This document shows positions 1-8,093 of a DNA stretch of 64,000 nucleotides, one piece after another (within the stretch, counting starts at the first letter, position 1; each line of letters starts with the position of its first letter). Origin of the DNA: Minisyncoccota bacterium. GTDB taxonomy: Bacteria; Patescibacteriota; Minisyncoccia; Phycocordibacterales; UBA1550. A model generated the notes under the pieces. The model did no database searches and was not told the origin of the DNA. It saw only the letters and a list, made by a program, of their open reading frames with translations. The stretch spans positions 523 to 64,522 of the forward strand of contig JBAZWZ010000001.1 of assembly GCA_041660105.1 (NCBI GenBank), read 5' to 3'. The position numbers and the translations under genes were made by a program.

Positions 1-10
1 CACCCCTATC

Positions 11-46
11 GTCCACTCAAGCACACTTGAGTGGACTTTTCTTTTA
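11..46 (+). terminator. Rho-independent terminator for an off-window upstream plus-strand gene
   Basis: Stem gtccactcaag / cttgagtggac with 5-nt loop, followed by ttttctttt. Confidence 0.5.
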
Positions 47-113
47 CTAGTGCAAAGCAAAAAAACCGCAGCGGTTGGCGTTACGTCCAAGATATGAATT
101 TGGTAATTTATGA

Positions 114-650
114 TTATTTGGGGTTACATTGCATCACACAATTTACTAAAGAATGGTTCCATTTTTCTTTGCTATGTACCTATTTGACCGATAGTATAAA
201 ATAGGTACATAGTGGAAGTTGGGCGAGTATATGGTTGCGGATTTTTGGGGTTACATTGCATCACACAATTTACCAAAGAATGGTGGCGGTCCCCTTTTCT
301 TGAGGAGTAAACAACATACACTTAATATATGCTATAGCATATATTAAGTGTATGTCGGGGAATTAAGAGTTGGACGTTGGATGAGTTTGGAGCTGGGGAT
401 TTTTAGGGTTACATTGCATCACACAATTTACGAAAGAATGGTGTCCCATTTTCACCTTCTGTTATCAATTTCCGCTATCTACTTATACGATACTATAGTA
501 CTGTATAAGTAGATAGTAGTATATATAACACTTTTAGGCGAATGAACGGCTGAAGATTTTTGGGGTTACATTGCATCACACAATTTACGAAAGAATGGTG
601 GCTGGCGCGGGGGCCTCTATTTTATACTCTTTATCAAAAAAGAATTGCTT
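114..650. repeat. Tandem array of 4 direct repeats, each followed by a unique palindrome-containing variable segment; not a canonical CRISPR
   Basis: Conserved core (ATTTTT)GGGGTTACATTGCATCACACAATTTAC[T/C/G]AAAGAATGGTG at 120-157, 247-284, 405-442, 562-599. Each core is followed by a degenerate gTCCcaTTTTCtt tail. Periods are 127, 158 and 157 bp. The variable segments each hold a different near-perfect palindrome: tgtacctattt..aaataggtaca, catacacttaatatatgctatagcatatattaagtgtatg, ctacttatacgatactatagtactgtataagtag. Confidence 0.8.
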
Positions 651-1454
651 TTCTTTTAAGACCAGGACGATGGCAAAAATAAGCAATAATACTGTTTGAA
701 TAATTTTGCTGTCAGGATTTGTTGCAAATATTTCATTAAAATAGCCAGCTGTAATATGGAATATTATTACTACAAGAATATTTCTATTGGATTTATAATA
801 AAGCCAATTCATAATTAATACATACGGAATAATGCTGACCATAAAGTTCGCACTGTAGATCCAGCCTGATGCTACTAGGTTACTTTGGTAGTAGTCTTTG
901 ATAAATGAGAGCGGAACATGCCATATGGCCCAGAAGGCACCAAATATCATTGAGGTGTTAAACAGGTTGAACTTATTTCTCAGAGCGTCAGTCCCATAGG
1001 TGTGCCACGCTAATTCTTCAATAGTCGGTGCAAGTATTAACAAAAACCAGACAGGTAAAATTCCTGACGAAAAGGTGAAGTGCCCAGTAATAATAAATTG
1101 TGAAGGGCTATATCCAAACAACAATGATACGGCTTGCGCCAAGAGAATGCTTATTAGCATCAAGAAACAAGCCAAATAAAAATAGACTGGCTGAGCCATA
1201 ACATTGAAGAACCTACCAGTTAAATCCTTCCATAAGTTAGAATCTTTTCGTATAAGCCCAAACGCCAATATCATGGGACTTATCAATCCGACTAGCCCAA
1301 GAACACTGGCAATACTCATATATAAATCCCTGTATGGAGTAATATGACTTACGTAACCTGCAGCAGACCAAAAAGACCAAGGAATAATTGTTGCAAGACT
1401 GTAAAACAATACTGGATGTTTAAATTTGTTTATCATAATGAGGAGTAGGTACAT
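585..1454 (-). CDS. CPBP family intramembrane glutamic metalloprotease (CAAX protease / Abi, PF02517-like)
   Basis: 289-aa polytopic membrane protein with the EExxxR-like motif (TIEELAWHTYG), FxxxH (FWAIWHVPLS) and HxxxN (IFHITAGYFNE). The stop codon lies inside repeat copy 4 of the array. Confidence 0.7.
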   Translation of the reverse strand: MYLLLIMINKFKHPVLFYSLATIIPWSFWSAAGYVSHITPYRDLYMSIASVLGLVGLISPMILAFGLIRKDSNLWKDLTGRFFNVMAQPVYFYLACFLMLISILLAQAVSLLFGYSPSQFIITGHFTFSSGILPVWFLLILAPTIEELAWHTYGTDALRNKFNLFNTSMIFGAFWAIWHVPLSFIKDYYQSNLVASGWIYSANFMVSIIPYVLIMNWLYYKSNRNILVVIIFHITAGYFNEIFATNPDSKIIQTVLLLIFAIVLVLKEKQFFFDKEYKIEAPAPATILS

Positions 1455-1456
1455 CC

Positions 1457-1705
1457 CTACTTTTTCTTACTAGTTTTATTTTTTAGTATACCAACACTGG
1501 AAAGAGTATTGAGCGCAAACTCTTTCATCATGCTTGATTTTGTGATGTACAAACCTTTTGAACTATCGCCTACGAGCACAACAGTGTCGCCCGATTTAAG
1601 TTGAAACAAGTCTCTTGCTTCCTTGGGGATAACTATTTGTCCCTTCTCGCCTATTTTAGCTACTCCAAAATAGTAACCTTCTTCCTCACTCTTTTGATTT
1701 TTCAT
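1457..1705 (-). CDS. AbrB/MazE/SpoVT-family DNA-binding protein
   Basis: 82 aa; GQIVIPKEARDLFQLKSGDTVVLV matches the swapped-hairpin AbrB/SpoVT motif. A 3-bp gap to the downstream CPBP gene suggests a two-gene operon. Confidence 0.6.
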   Translation of the reverse strand: MKNQKSEEEGYYFGVAKIGEKGQIVIPKEARDLFQLKSGDTVVLVGDSSKGLYITKSSMMKEFALNTLSSVGILKNKTSKKK

Positions 1706-1723
1706 TGTAATTTATATAGCTAG

Positions 1724-1768
1724 TTGTGTTGGTATAACTAGTATGATTAGTATAACAAATCATACTTT
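1724..1768 (-). promoter_or_regulatory. Putative promoter/operator of the AbrB-CPBP operon
   Basis: AT-rich region with inverted repeat agtatgatt..aatcatact and direct repeats tagtata / tagtataac just upstream of the AbrB start. Confidence 0.3.
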
Positions 1769-1785
1769 TCTTGTAAATACCCCCA

Positions 1786-1830
1786 AAAGAAAACTCCTCC
1801 CCTCTTGCAAGAGGGGAGGAGTTTCTTATT
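1786..1830 (-). terminator. Bidirectional rho-independent terminator after the TIR-like gene
   Basis: GC-rich stem ctcctcccctc ttgcaa gaggggaggag flanked by an A-run and a T-run. Confidence 0.7.
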
Positions 1831-1857
1831 AAAGGTACTTGATCCCTTTACTACATA

Positions 1858-2295
1858 CTATCTTCCAGCTTTTTTAGCAGCTTTCTCGATCCATGCACCC
1901 ATATTATTGTATCCATCCTCGTTGTTCCAAAGATAAAAATCGTAACCCTTAGGAATCATCCCGCATCGGTCTGTAGTATGTCCCTGTAAATCTTTAATTT
2001 TACTAACATCAATGCCAATTAGCCCGTTGCCAATTTCAATACTTTTTTCAATTTCGTATTTAACCCATTTACTTGAACAGGTTTTTTCTCCAACTAATAC
2101 AACAGTTACAGATGTCCCATTCAGTTGCTTGTCAATCCAGTTTTTAATTGCAGCATCGCCTTGTCTCTCTAATGTTTCAAAATCTGCAGCATCAATAAAA
2201 CCCGCTGACTCTTTCCCTTGGGTAACCCAACTATTTCTTACAACCATCGCCCGTGATACATCTTTATATTTGAAACTAAAAAATACTTTTCTCAT
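1858..2295 (-). CDS. TIR-like domain protein (DUF1863/TIR_2 family, ThsB-like)
   Basis: 145 aa. N-terminal VFFSFKYKD..VVRNSW and later TSVTVVLVG..SKWVKYEIEKS match the hallmark pattern of the prokaryotic TIR-like family that includes Thoeris ThsB. Confidence 0.65.
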   Translation of the reverse strand: MRKVFFSFKYKDVSRAMVVRNSWVTQGKESAGFIDAADFETLERQGDAAIKNWIDKQLNGTSVTVVLVGEKTCSSKWVKYEIEKSIEIGNGLIGIDVSKIKDLQGHTTDRCGMIPKGYDFYLWNNEDGYNNMGAWIEKAAKKAGR

Positions 2296-2305
2296 TAATT
2301 TATTA

Positions 2306-2698
2306 TTAATTCGTTACTAATATAACTGCGACAATTAGTGGCACATAGAAAATAAGAAGCGTAATTGAAAATGTTGAACAAATCCATCCGTTCTTTTCGT
2401 CTTTTTTATACTCACTAATATCCATTGAAAAATCAACGTCTTTTTCCTCCAATATTCTAACGTGATTATAAAGTGCCCTAAATGAACGCTCTTGAGAAAG
2501 AAAATACCCATCTAAAATCCAAAAAATAATAATTGGAAAATATATAACTAACGTGTGGCTGGAATCCAAATCCTTCATAAACAATGCAAGTAATCCTGCC
2601 ACCAACGAAACTGTCCACCCGCGAAGAAAAAACAGATTGCTAGCCATCCGACTTATAATAGCCTGTATTAATTCAAGATGTTTTATTTTGTTTCCCAT
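2306..2698 (-). CDS. Small 3-TM membrane protein, SLATT-like putative effector partner of the TIR-like protein
   Basis: Start reassigned to the internal ATG (MGNKIKHLELIQAI), because the longer ORF overlaps nrdB. 131 aa with predicted TM helices LFFLRGWTVSLVAGLLALFM, LVIYFPIIIFWILDGYF and ICSTFSITLLIFYVPLIVAVILV. 10-bp gap to the TIR-like gene. Confidence 0.45.
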   Translation of the reverse strand: MGNKIKHLELIQAIISRMASNLFFLRGWTVSLVAGLLALFMKDLDSSHTLVIYFPIIIFWILDGYFLSQERSFRALYNHVRILEEKDVDFSMDISEYKKDEKNGWICSTFSITLLIFYVPLIVAVILVTN

Positions 2699-2840
2699 AT
2701 TTTTTTGTTGACGCAAGGCGTAGTTATTTTGAATGCGATACAAGGCGTCGAGGGTGTGATATCGGGAAGCTGTACAACTAGTACTGCGACCCGATTCACA
2801 CCCGAAGACAACGCCGTAGCGCGTCAAAAGAACACGCCGA

Positions 2841-3875
2841 CTACCATTCGAGGGCGCCGCCAGTTTTGTATTCGGTAACCCTCGTCTCAAAGAAATTCTT
2901 CTCCTTACTCAAGTCTATCGCCTCTGACATCCACGGGAATGGATTCTCTACACCATACTGCACTGGCAAACCTACTGCCTCCAAGCGTCTATCTGCGATG
3001 TGCTCGATGTACTGCTTGAAGCCGTCGGCGTTCATCCCGAAGATACCACGAGGGAAAAGCTCGGTTGCAAAGGTGTACTCGAGTCCTACGGCACGCTTGA
3101 TGTGGCCGATCATCTTGTCTTGGAACTCCTTGGTCCAAAGCTCTGGTTGTTCCTCTTTGATCGTGTTGATGAGGTTGATACCGAAGTTCAAATGCTGTGA
3201 CTCGTCACGCATAATGTACTGGATCTGCTCTGCGGCGCCCGTGAGCTTGCCCTGACGCTGGAAGCCAAACATTACGGCGAACGATGAGTAGAAGAAGATA
3301 CCTTCCAAAATGAGCGAGAAGACGACGATGTTCTCGAGGAACTTCTGGTCGTTCTCGAAGGTGCCGGTCTTGAAGTTGTCGTCGAAGATGCCTTCGTTGA
3401 AGTTGAGGACGAAGCTGTCTTTGTTGTAGATAGCATCCACCTGACGATACATATTGAAAATCTTGCTCTCATCCATCGCGAGACTCTCTACGATGTACTG
3501 GTATGCGTGCGTGTGGATAGCCTCTTCGTATGCCTGACGGAGGATGTACATACGGCACTCAGGAGAGGTAATGTGCTTGTAGAACGCGAGGGCGACGTTG
3601 TTGGCGGCGATACTGTCCCCTGTCGTAAAGAAGCCAAGTACGGTCTCAAACGCCTGACGCTCGTCATCGGTGAGAACGTCCTTTGAGCGCCACTGCTCGA
3701 TGTCCTTTTGCATACTAATCTCCGTAGGAAGCCAGTGGTTCGCATTGCCCACAGAATACGCATCCCATGCGAATGTGTGCTTCATCGGATAGAGCTGAAT
3801 AACGTCAGCGTCTTTTCCGTTGATGATGCGGCGGTTGTTGATGTTTACTGGCTGGTCTCCTTTGGTAATTGGCAT
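2841..3875 (-). CDS. nrdB: Ribonucleotide reductase class I small (beta) subunit
   Basis: 344 aa; ferritin-like di-iron R2 motifs (EEAIHTHAYQYIVESL, RDESQHLNFG). Confidence 0.85.
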   Translation of the reverse strand: MPITKGDQPVNINNRRIINGKDADVIQLYPMKHTFAWDAYSVGNANHWLPTEISMQKDIEQWRSKDVLTDDERQAFETVLGFFTTGDSIAANNVALAFYKHITSPECRMYILRQAYEEAIHTHAYQYIVESLAMDESKIFNMYRQVDAIYNKDSFVLNFNEGIFDDNFKTGTFENDQKFLENIVVFSLILEGIFFYSSFAVMFGFQRQGKLTGAAEQIQYIMRDESQHLNFGINLINTIKEEQPELWTKEFQDKMIGHIKRAVGLEYTFATELFPRGIFGMNADGFKQYIEHIADRRLEAVGLPVQYGVENPFPWMSEAIDLSKEKNFFETRVTEYKTGGALEW

Positions 3876-4022
3876 GATAGTTAGTTTATAAAGTTTTTAA
3901 AGTTAATAAAGTTTCTAAAGTGGGGATAGTTTTTAAAGTAACAAGAGTATCTTAAGTGTCTGCATCCGTATCCACTTTATAAACTTGATAACTTTATAAA
4001 CTTTCTACTTGCGCCTCTGGCG

Positions 4023-6869
4023 CTATCCCTGACAACTCTCGCACAGACCCACTTCCTCTCCCCTCGCTACGCGGGCCATGAATTCGGCATCGGCTTTCTT
4101 CTGTAAATCAACTTGCGCCGACGGGGCTGCTGCGATTGAGATTTCTTCTTTGATTGATACTATGGTGTCGGCTGCCTTGACGGTAAAGTCGCGCTTGTGC
4201 GTGTTGCCGAACTCTGCGACGGACACGGTCGACTTCTCTACTTGTGATGCGCCGAGTGAGCGGAGGTAGTAGGTCGTCTTCAATCCTTTCTTCCAAGCGT
4301 AGAAGTAAATCTCTGAGAGCTCCTTGCCTGATGTGCCACGGAAGAAGATATTGAGTGACTGTGACTGGTCGATCCACTTTGCGCGACGTGCTGCGGCATC
4401 AATGAGCCAACGTGAATCAATCTCAAACACTTCCTTGTACTTCTTGCGTGTATCGCGTGGAATCTCGGCGATGCCTTGGATACTGCCGTCGTGGAACTTG
4501 ATCTTGTTCAACATATCGCGGCTCCAGAGTCCTTGGCGCTTCAAATCCTCGACGAGATACTTGTTGACTACGATGAAGTCCCCTTCTTTGTTGGACTTCA
4601 CATAAATGTTTTTGTAGATAGGCTCTACGCAAGGGATGCATCCTGCGAGGTTGGCGGTACTTGCGGTTGGCGCGATAGCCATCACGTTGCTGTTTCTCAT
4701 ACCGTGCTTCTTGATACTCTCGCGTACAGGAGTCCAGTCGAGTACACCATCACGCTCTACTTCAATCTTCTCGCCACGCTCCTTCTCGAGGAGGTCGACG
4801 GTGTCTTGAGGAAGAAGTCCGCGATCCCACTTGGAACCCTTGTAGGTCGAATACACACCACGCTCGCGGGCCAAGTCTGATGATGCGAGGATGGTGTAGT
4901 ATGCGACGACTTCCATACTCTCGTCTGCAAACTTCACAGCCTCTTCTGAGTCAAAGTCGATACCGAGGAGGTAGAGTGCATCGTGATATCCACGAACACC
5001 TAGTCCTACTGGGCGATGGAGGGTGCTACCACGACGAGCGTCCTCTGTGGGATAGAAGTTGACATCGATGACGTTGTCGAGCATACGCACTGCGCTTCTC
5101 GTCACGCTCTCAACGAGCTTGTGGTCAAACTTGCCGTCCTTGATAAACTTTGCGAAGTTGAGTGAGCCCAAGGTACATACTGCGGTTTCATTGGCAGAAG
5201 TGTTGAGCGTAATCTCGGTACAGAGGTTGGAGCTGTGTACGGTACCTACGTGGTCCTGTGGTGAGCGTACGTTGCAAGGGTCCTTCCATGTAATCCATGG
5301 GTGACCTGTCTCAAAGAGCATCGAAATCATCTTCTTCCAGATGTCGGTTGCGGGGACACGCTTGAAAAGGTTGATTTTGCCCTCGTCTGCCATCTTTTCG
5401 TACTCTTCGTAGCGCTTTTCGAATGCTGCGCCGTAAATCTCGTGAAGTTCGGGCACTTCTTCGGGAGAAAAGAGTGTCCACTCCTTGCCATCACGAACAC
5501 GCTTCATAAAGAGGTCGGGGATCCAGTTGGCAGTGTTGACGTCGTGGGTGCGACGGCGCTCATCGCCCGTGTTCTTGCGGAGCTCGAGGAAGTCCTCAAT
5601 ATCGAGGTGCCATGTCTCGAGGTATACACAACCTGCGCCGCGGCGTTTGCCGGAGCGGTTGATGGCGAGGTTTACGTCGTTTGCGATCTTGAGGAATGGG
5701 ATAACACCCTGACTTCCTACACCTGTGCCCTTGATGAATCCACCCGTAGCGCGTAGTGGTGTCCAGCTCGTACCCGTACCGCCTGACCACTTCAAATACT
5801 GCGCATTGTCGCCAAATGTCTTGAAGATAGCGTCGAGGGAGTCGGGCACGACATTGAGGAAACAGTTTGCAAGCTGAGCTTTCTTTGAGCCTGCTTGGAA
5901 GAGTGTGCGGCCGCCTGGGGTGTAGAGGAAACGTGAAAGCACTTCGTAGAACTCAAGCGCGACACGCTCGCGGTCTTCCTTCTTCTCATTGAGCGCTGTC
6001 CCCATCGCGATGCGCATCCAGAACATCTGAGGAGTCTCCACAGGTTTCTTGGTCACCGTACTCTCTTGGAAATAACGTGACGCAAGAATCTCAAGTCCCA
6101 TATATTCAAAGAGCTCGTCGTTCTCAAGCTCGAACTTCTTCACGAGAAGGTCGAGATCGAACTCAAGCATACGTGGGTCGAGATTGCCCTCGGCGACTGC
6201 GTGCTTGATATTCTCGGGGAACATTTTTGCGTGAGCGGAGAGAATGTCCTTTGGCTCAAAGTTGGTGCCGAAGACGTCACGGTAGAGCTTCTGGAGGAGG
6301 AGGCGTGCTGCGACCTTGGAATATGCGGGGTCAAGCTCGATCATTGAGCGCACAACCTGAATAATCGCACGGGTAATCTCCGTCGTCGTGACACCTTCAT
6401 ACATACTGAGCTTGAGCTGAGTGAGGATTGATTCCTCATCGATGGTCTTTTCATAGCCCTCCGTCACACGGGAGAGGGTTTTCTTGATTTTTGCCTCTGA
6501 ATACGGCTCAGTCTTGCCAGAACGCTTGGTAATCGAGAGCTTTTTCTCTTCAATCTTCTCGATAACCTCTTCCTGCTTCTTTTCGCGGATCTTTTCGTGT
6601 TCGTAGCGATAAATAATATAGGCTTTTGCCACTTCGTGGTAGCCCTCGTTCATAATAACGAGCTCAACAACGTCCTGAATCTTCTCCACCGAGGGAATCT
6701 GCCCGTATCCACCGTCTTTTACTGCCATCAAAACGGCTGAGGTCATTTCAGCAAGCTTTTCCTCCGTTATGGGGGTGTTGCATGCACTGAAAGCTTTACT
6801 AATCGCAGTCGTGATTTTCTCCGGAGAGAACTCTACGATAGTACCGTTTCGTTTTTGGACCTGATTCAT
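4023..6869 (-). CDS. nrdA: Ribonucleotide reductase class I large (alpha) subunit with N-terminal ATP-cone
   Basis: 948 aa; ATP-cone (VQKRNGTIVEFSPEKI), catalytic NLCTEI and PGGRTL motifs, C-terminal CESC redox pair. Confidence 0.9.
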   Translation of the reverse strand: MNQVQKRNGTIVEFSPEKITTAISKAFSACNTPITEEKLAEMTSAVLMAVKDGGYGQIPSVEKIQDVVELVIMNEGYHEVAKAYIIYRYEHEKIREKKQEEVIEKIEEKKLSITKRSGKTEPYSEAKIKKTLSRVTEGYEKTIDEESILTQLKLSMYEGVTTTEITRAIIQVVRSMIELDPAYSKVAARLLLQKLYRDVFGTNFEPKDILSAHAKMFPENIKHAVAEGNLDPRMLEFDLDLLVKKFELENDELFEYMGLEILASRYFQESTVTKKPVETPQMFWMRIAMGTALNEKKEDRERVALEFYEVLSRFLYTPGGRTLFQAGSKKAQLANCFLNVVPDSLDAIFKTFGDNAQYLKWSGGTGTSWTPLRATGGFIKGTGVGSQGVIPFLKIANDVNLAINRSGKRRGAGCVYLETWHLDIEDFLELRKNTGDERRRTHDVNTANWIPDLFMKRVRDGKEWTLFSPEEVPELHEIYGAAFEKRYEEYEKMADEGKINLFKRVPATDIWKKMISMLFETGHPWITWKDPCNVRSPQDHVGTVHSSNLCTEITLNTSANETAVCTLGSLNFAKFIKDGKFDHKLVESVTRSAVRMLDNVIDVNFYPTEDARRGSTLHRPVGLGVRGYHDALYLLGIDFDSEEAVKFADESMEVVAYYTILASSDLARERGVYSTYKGSKWDRGLLPQDTVDLLEKERGEKIEVERDGVLDWTPVRESIKKHGMRNSNVMAIAPTASTANLAGCIPCVEPIYKNIYVKSNKEGDFIVVNKYLVEDLKRQGLWSRDMLNKIKFHDGSIQGIAEIPRDTRKKYKEVFEIDSRWLIDAAARRAKWIDQSQSLNIFFRGTSGKELSEIYFYAWKKGLKTTYYLRSLGASQVEKSTVSVAEFGNTHKRDFTVKAADTIVSIKEEISIAAAPSAQVDLQKKADAEFMARVARGEEVGLCESCQG

Positions 6870-7248
6870 ATGTGGAGGGAATTGTTAATGATGATTAAAA
6901 AAGGCACCTCGGGTGACGCAAGCTTGTTTAGTTGTTGAGGAACAAAAACAGTGGCTAACTTCACCTGAAAGATGCTTTAACTTCCCTATTTTAACATAAA
7001 GCAAAACAAGAGCGGAAGTAATTTTGCATATTTTTATGACTACGTCACATGCAAAAAAATCTGTCTAAAAATTTGGCAAACGAGGGCTGAAATTCTGCGT
7101 TTTCCGCGCGCGAATTTTGGCAAACAAAATTTTTCTTCACGCAAAATAATTTTGTGTAAAAAGTTTTCCACAGGAGATTGGCGAAGGGTGTATATTTTTT
7201 GAAAAAAGAAAAAGCGGAGCTCGGGGGCGTCCGCTTTTTTGATATTAA
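6870..7248 (-). promoter_or_regulatory. nrdA upstream regulatory region with an NrdR-box-like palindrome and direct repeats
   Basis: On the minus strand, TACACAAAATTATTTTGCGTG is a near-palindrome resembling the NrdR box. Direct repeat AATTTTGGCAAAC occurs twice (~7068 and ~7110), and there is an inverted repeat TTTTGCAT..ATGCAAAA. Confidence 0.25.
7198..7240. terminator. Bidirectional hairpin terminator
   Basis: gcggagctcgggggcgtccgc stem-loop flanked by an A-run and a T-run. Confidence 0.5.
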
Positions 7249-7563
7249 TTACTTCAAAGTTTCGTATTCGGCGAGTTCAGACATCGAAACTTGCTTAATA
7301 GTGCGATTTTCAGCACCGATGAGCTTTTCGAAGCCATTGCTCATACCGAGCTCGTCAACCCAGGCCTGCTCCTTGAGGGTGCAACGTGTACAAATCCTGA
7401 CCGAATGGTTGTTGGAGCCGCGATCGTGCTCGACAACCTCGGCGTGCTTGCACTTGTTTTGCAACTCAGCAAGCAAACCCGCTACCCGCTCCTCGAGGGC
7501 TGTGATTTGGCGAGTTTCTTCCAAAATACGAAATTTCACTGCATCCTTGGGTGTATTACACAC
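7249..7563 (-). CDS. Hypothetical protein (Cys-containing, 104 aa)
   Basis: ORF with flanking terminators on both sides; no recognisable domain. Confidence 0.4.
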   Translation of the reverse strand: MCNTPKDAVKFRILEETRQITALEERVAGLLAELQNKCKHAEVVEHDRGSNNHSVRICTRCTLKEQAWVDELGMSNGFEKLIGAENRTIKQVSMSELAEYETLK

Positions 7564-7651
7564 GTTTTTCTCCTTTTAACGATTGATGTTCGTACCCGAA
7601 TCTAGACTACTCTTCGGCACACAAAAAAGCAAGCCCCCCGATGATTGCGAC

Positions 7652-7682
7652 AAAAAAACGGAGCTTCTGAGCTCCGCTTTTG
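7652..7682. terminator. Bidirectional hairpin terminator
   Basis: cggagcttctgagctccg with a 5' A-run and a 3' T-run. Confidence 0.5.
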
Positions 7683-7694
7683 TGAATCCGATAA

Positions 7695-7880
7695 CTATCC
7701 TCGTATATTCACAGGGTGTTTGTAATTCTGAATTTCGAGTCTTGCGAGCTCTTGGAGTACGGGGTTTTTGTAGTTTTGTAACTCGCGGGCTGCTTTCAGT
7801 TGTAGTTTACTCCATATTTCATCGATACGCTTCTTGTAGAGAACGTTGAGCCTTTCCAATCTTTTTTTCTCTTTAAACAT
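7695..7880 (-). CDS. Hypothetical small protein (61 aa)
   Basis: ORF only. Confidence 0.3.
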   Translation of the reverse strand: MFKEKKRLERLNVLYKKRIDEIWSKLQLKAARELQNYKNPVLQELARLEIQNYKHPVNIRG

Positions 7881-8093
7881 GGTATTCTCCTATACAATGT
7901 CGTGGTATTCGAATCTCTATGTTCAATCTACTCCTTTACAGAAAGGAAGTAAACCCCGACACCAACTTTGGTGCTGCTTTTCATTTCGCCGTCATTCCAC
8001 CCTTAAATCAGACCTTGAGTAGTCGAGGGTAGCTAAATTTAGTAAAGTTTTCAAAAAGCGAAATTGCATCAATGTTGGTGTGGGGGTAAAGGA

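Noticed and set aside
114-650. CRISPR array interpretation of the 4-copy repeat
   Set aside because: Spacers would be 88-120 bp, unequal, and each is itself a long palindrome. The repeat has a degenerate tail. No cas genes lie within 60 kb. Called a tandem repeat array instead.
2306-2890. Long 194-aa form of the SLATT-like ORF
   Set aside because: The first 64 codons overlap the nrdB C-terminus in another frame and are Ser/Arg-rich with low complexity. The internal ATG at 2698 gives a compact membrane protein.
2012-4880. Numerous plus-strand ORFs antisense to the TIR-like gene, nrdB and nrdA (for example 2012-2320, 2866-3255, 4476-4880, 5301-5756)
   Set aside because: They are fully embedded antisense in high-confidence conserved genes, with low-complexity translations and no RBS.
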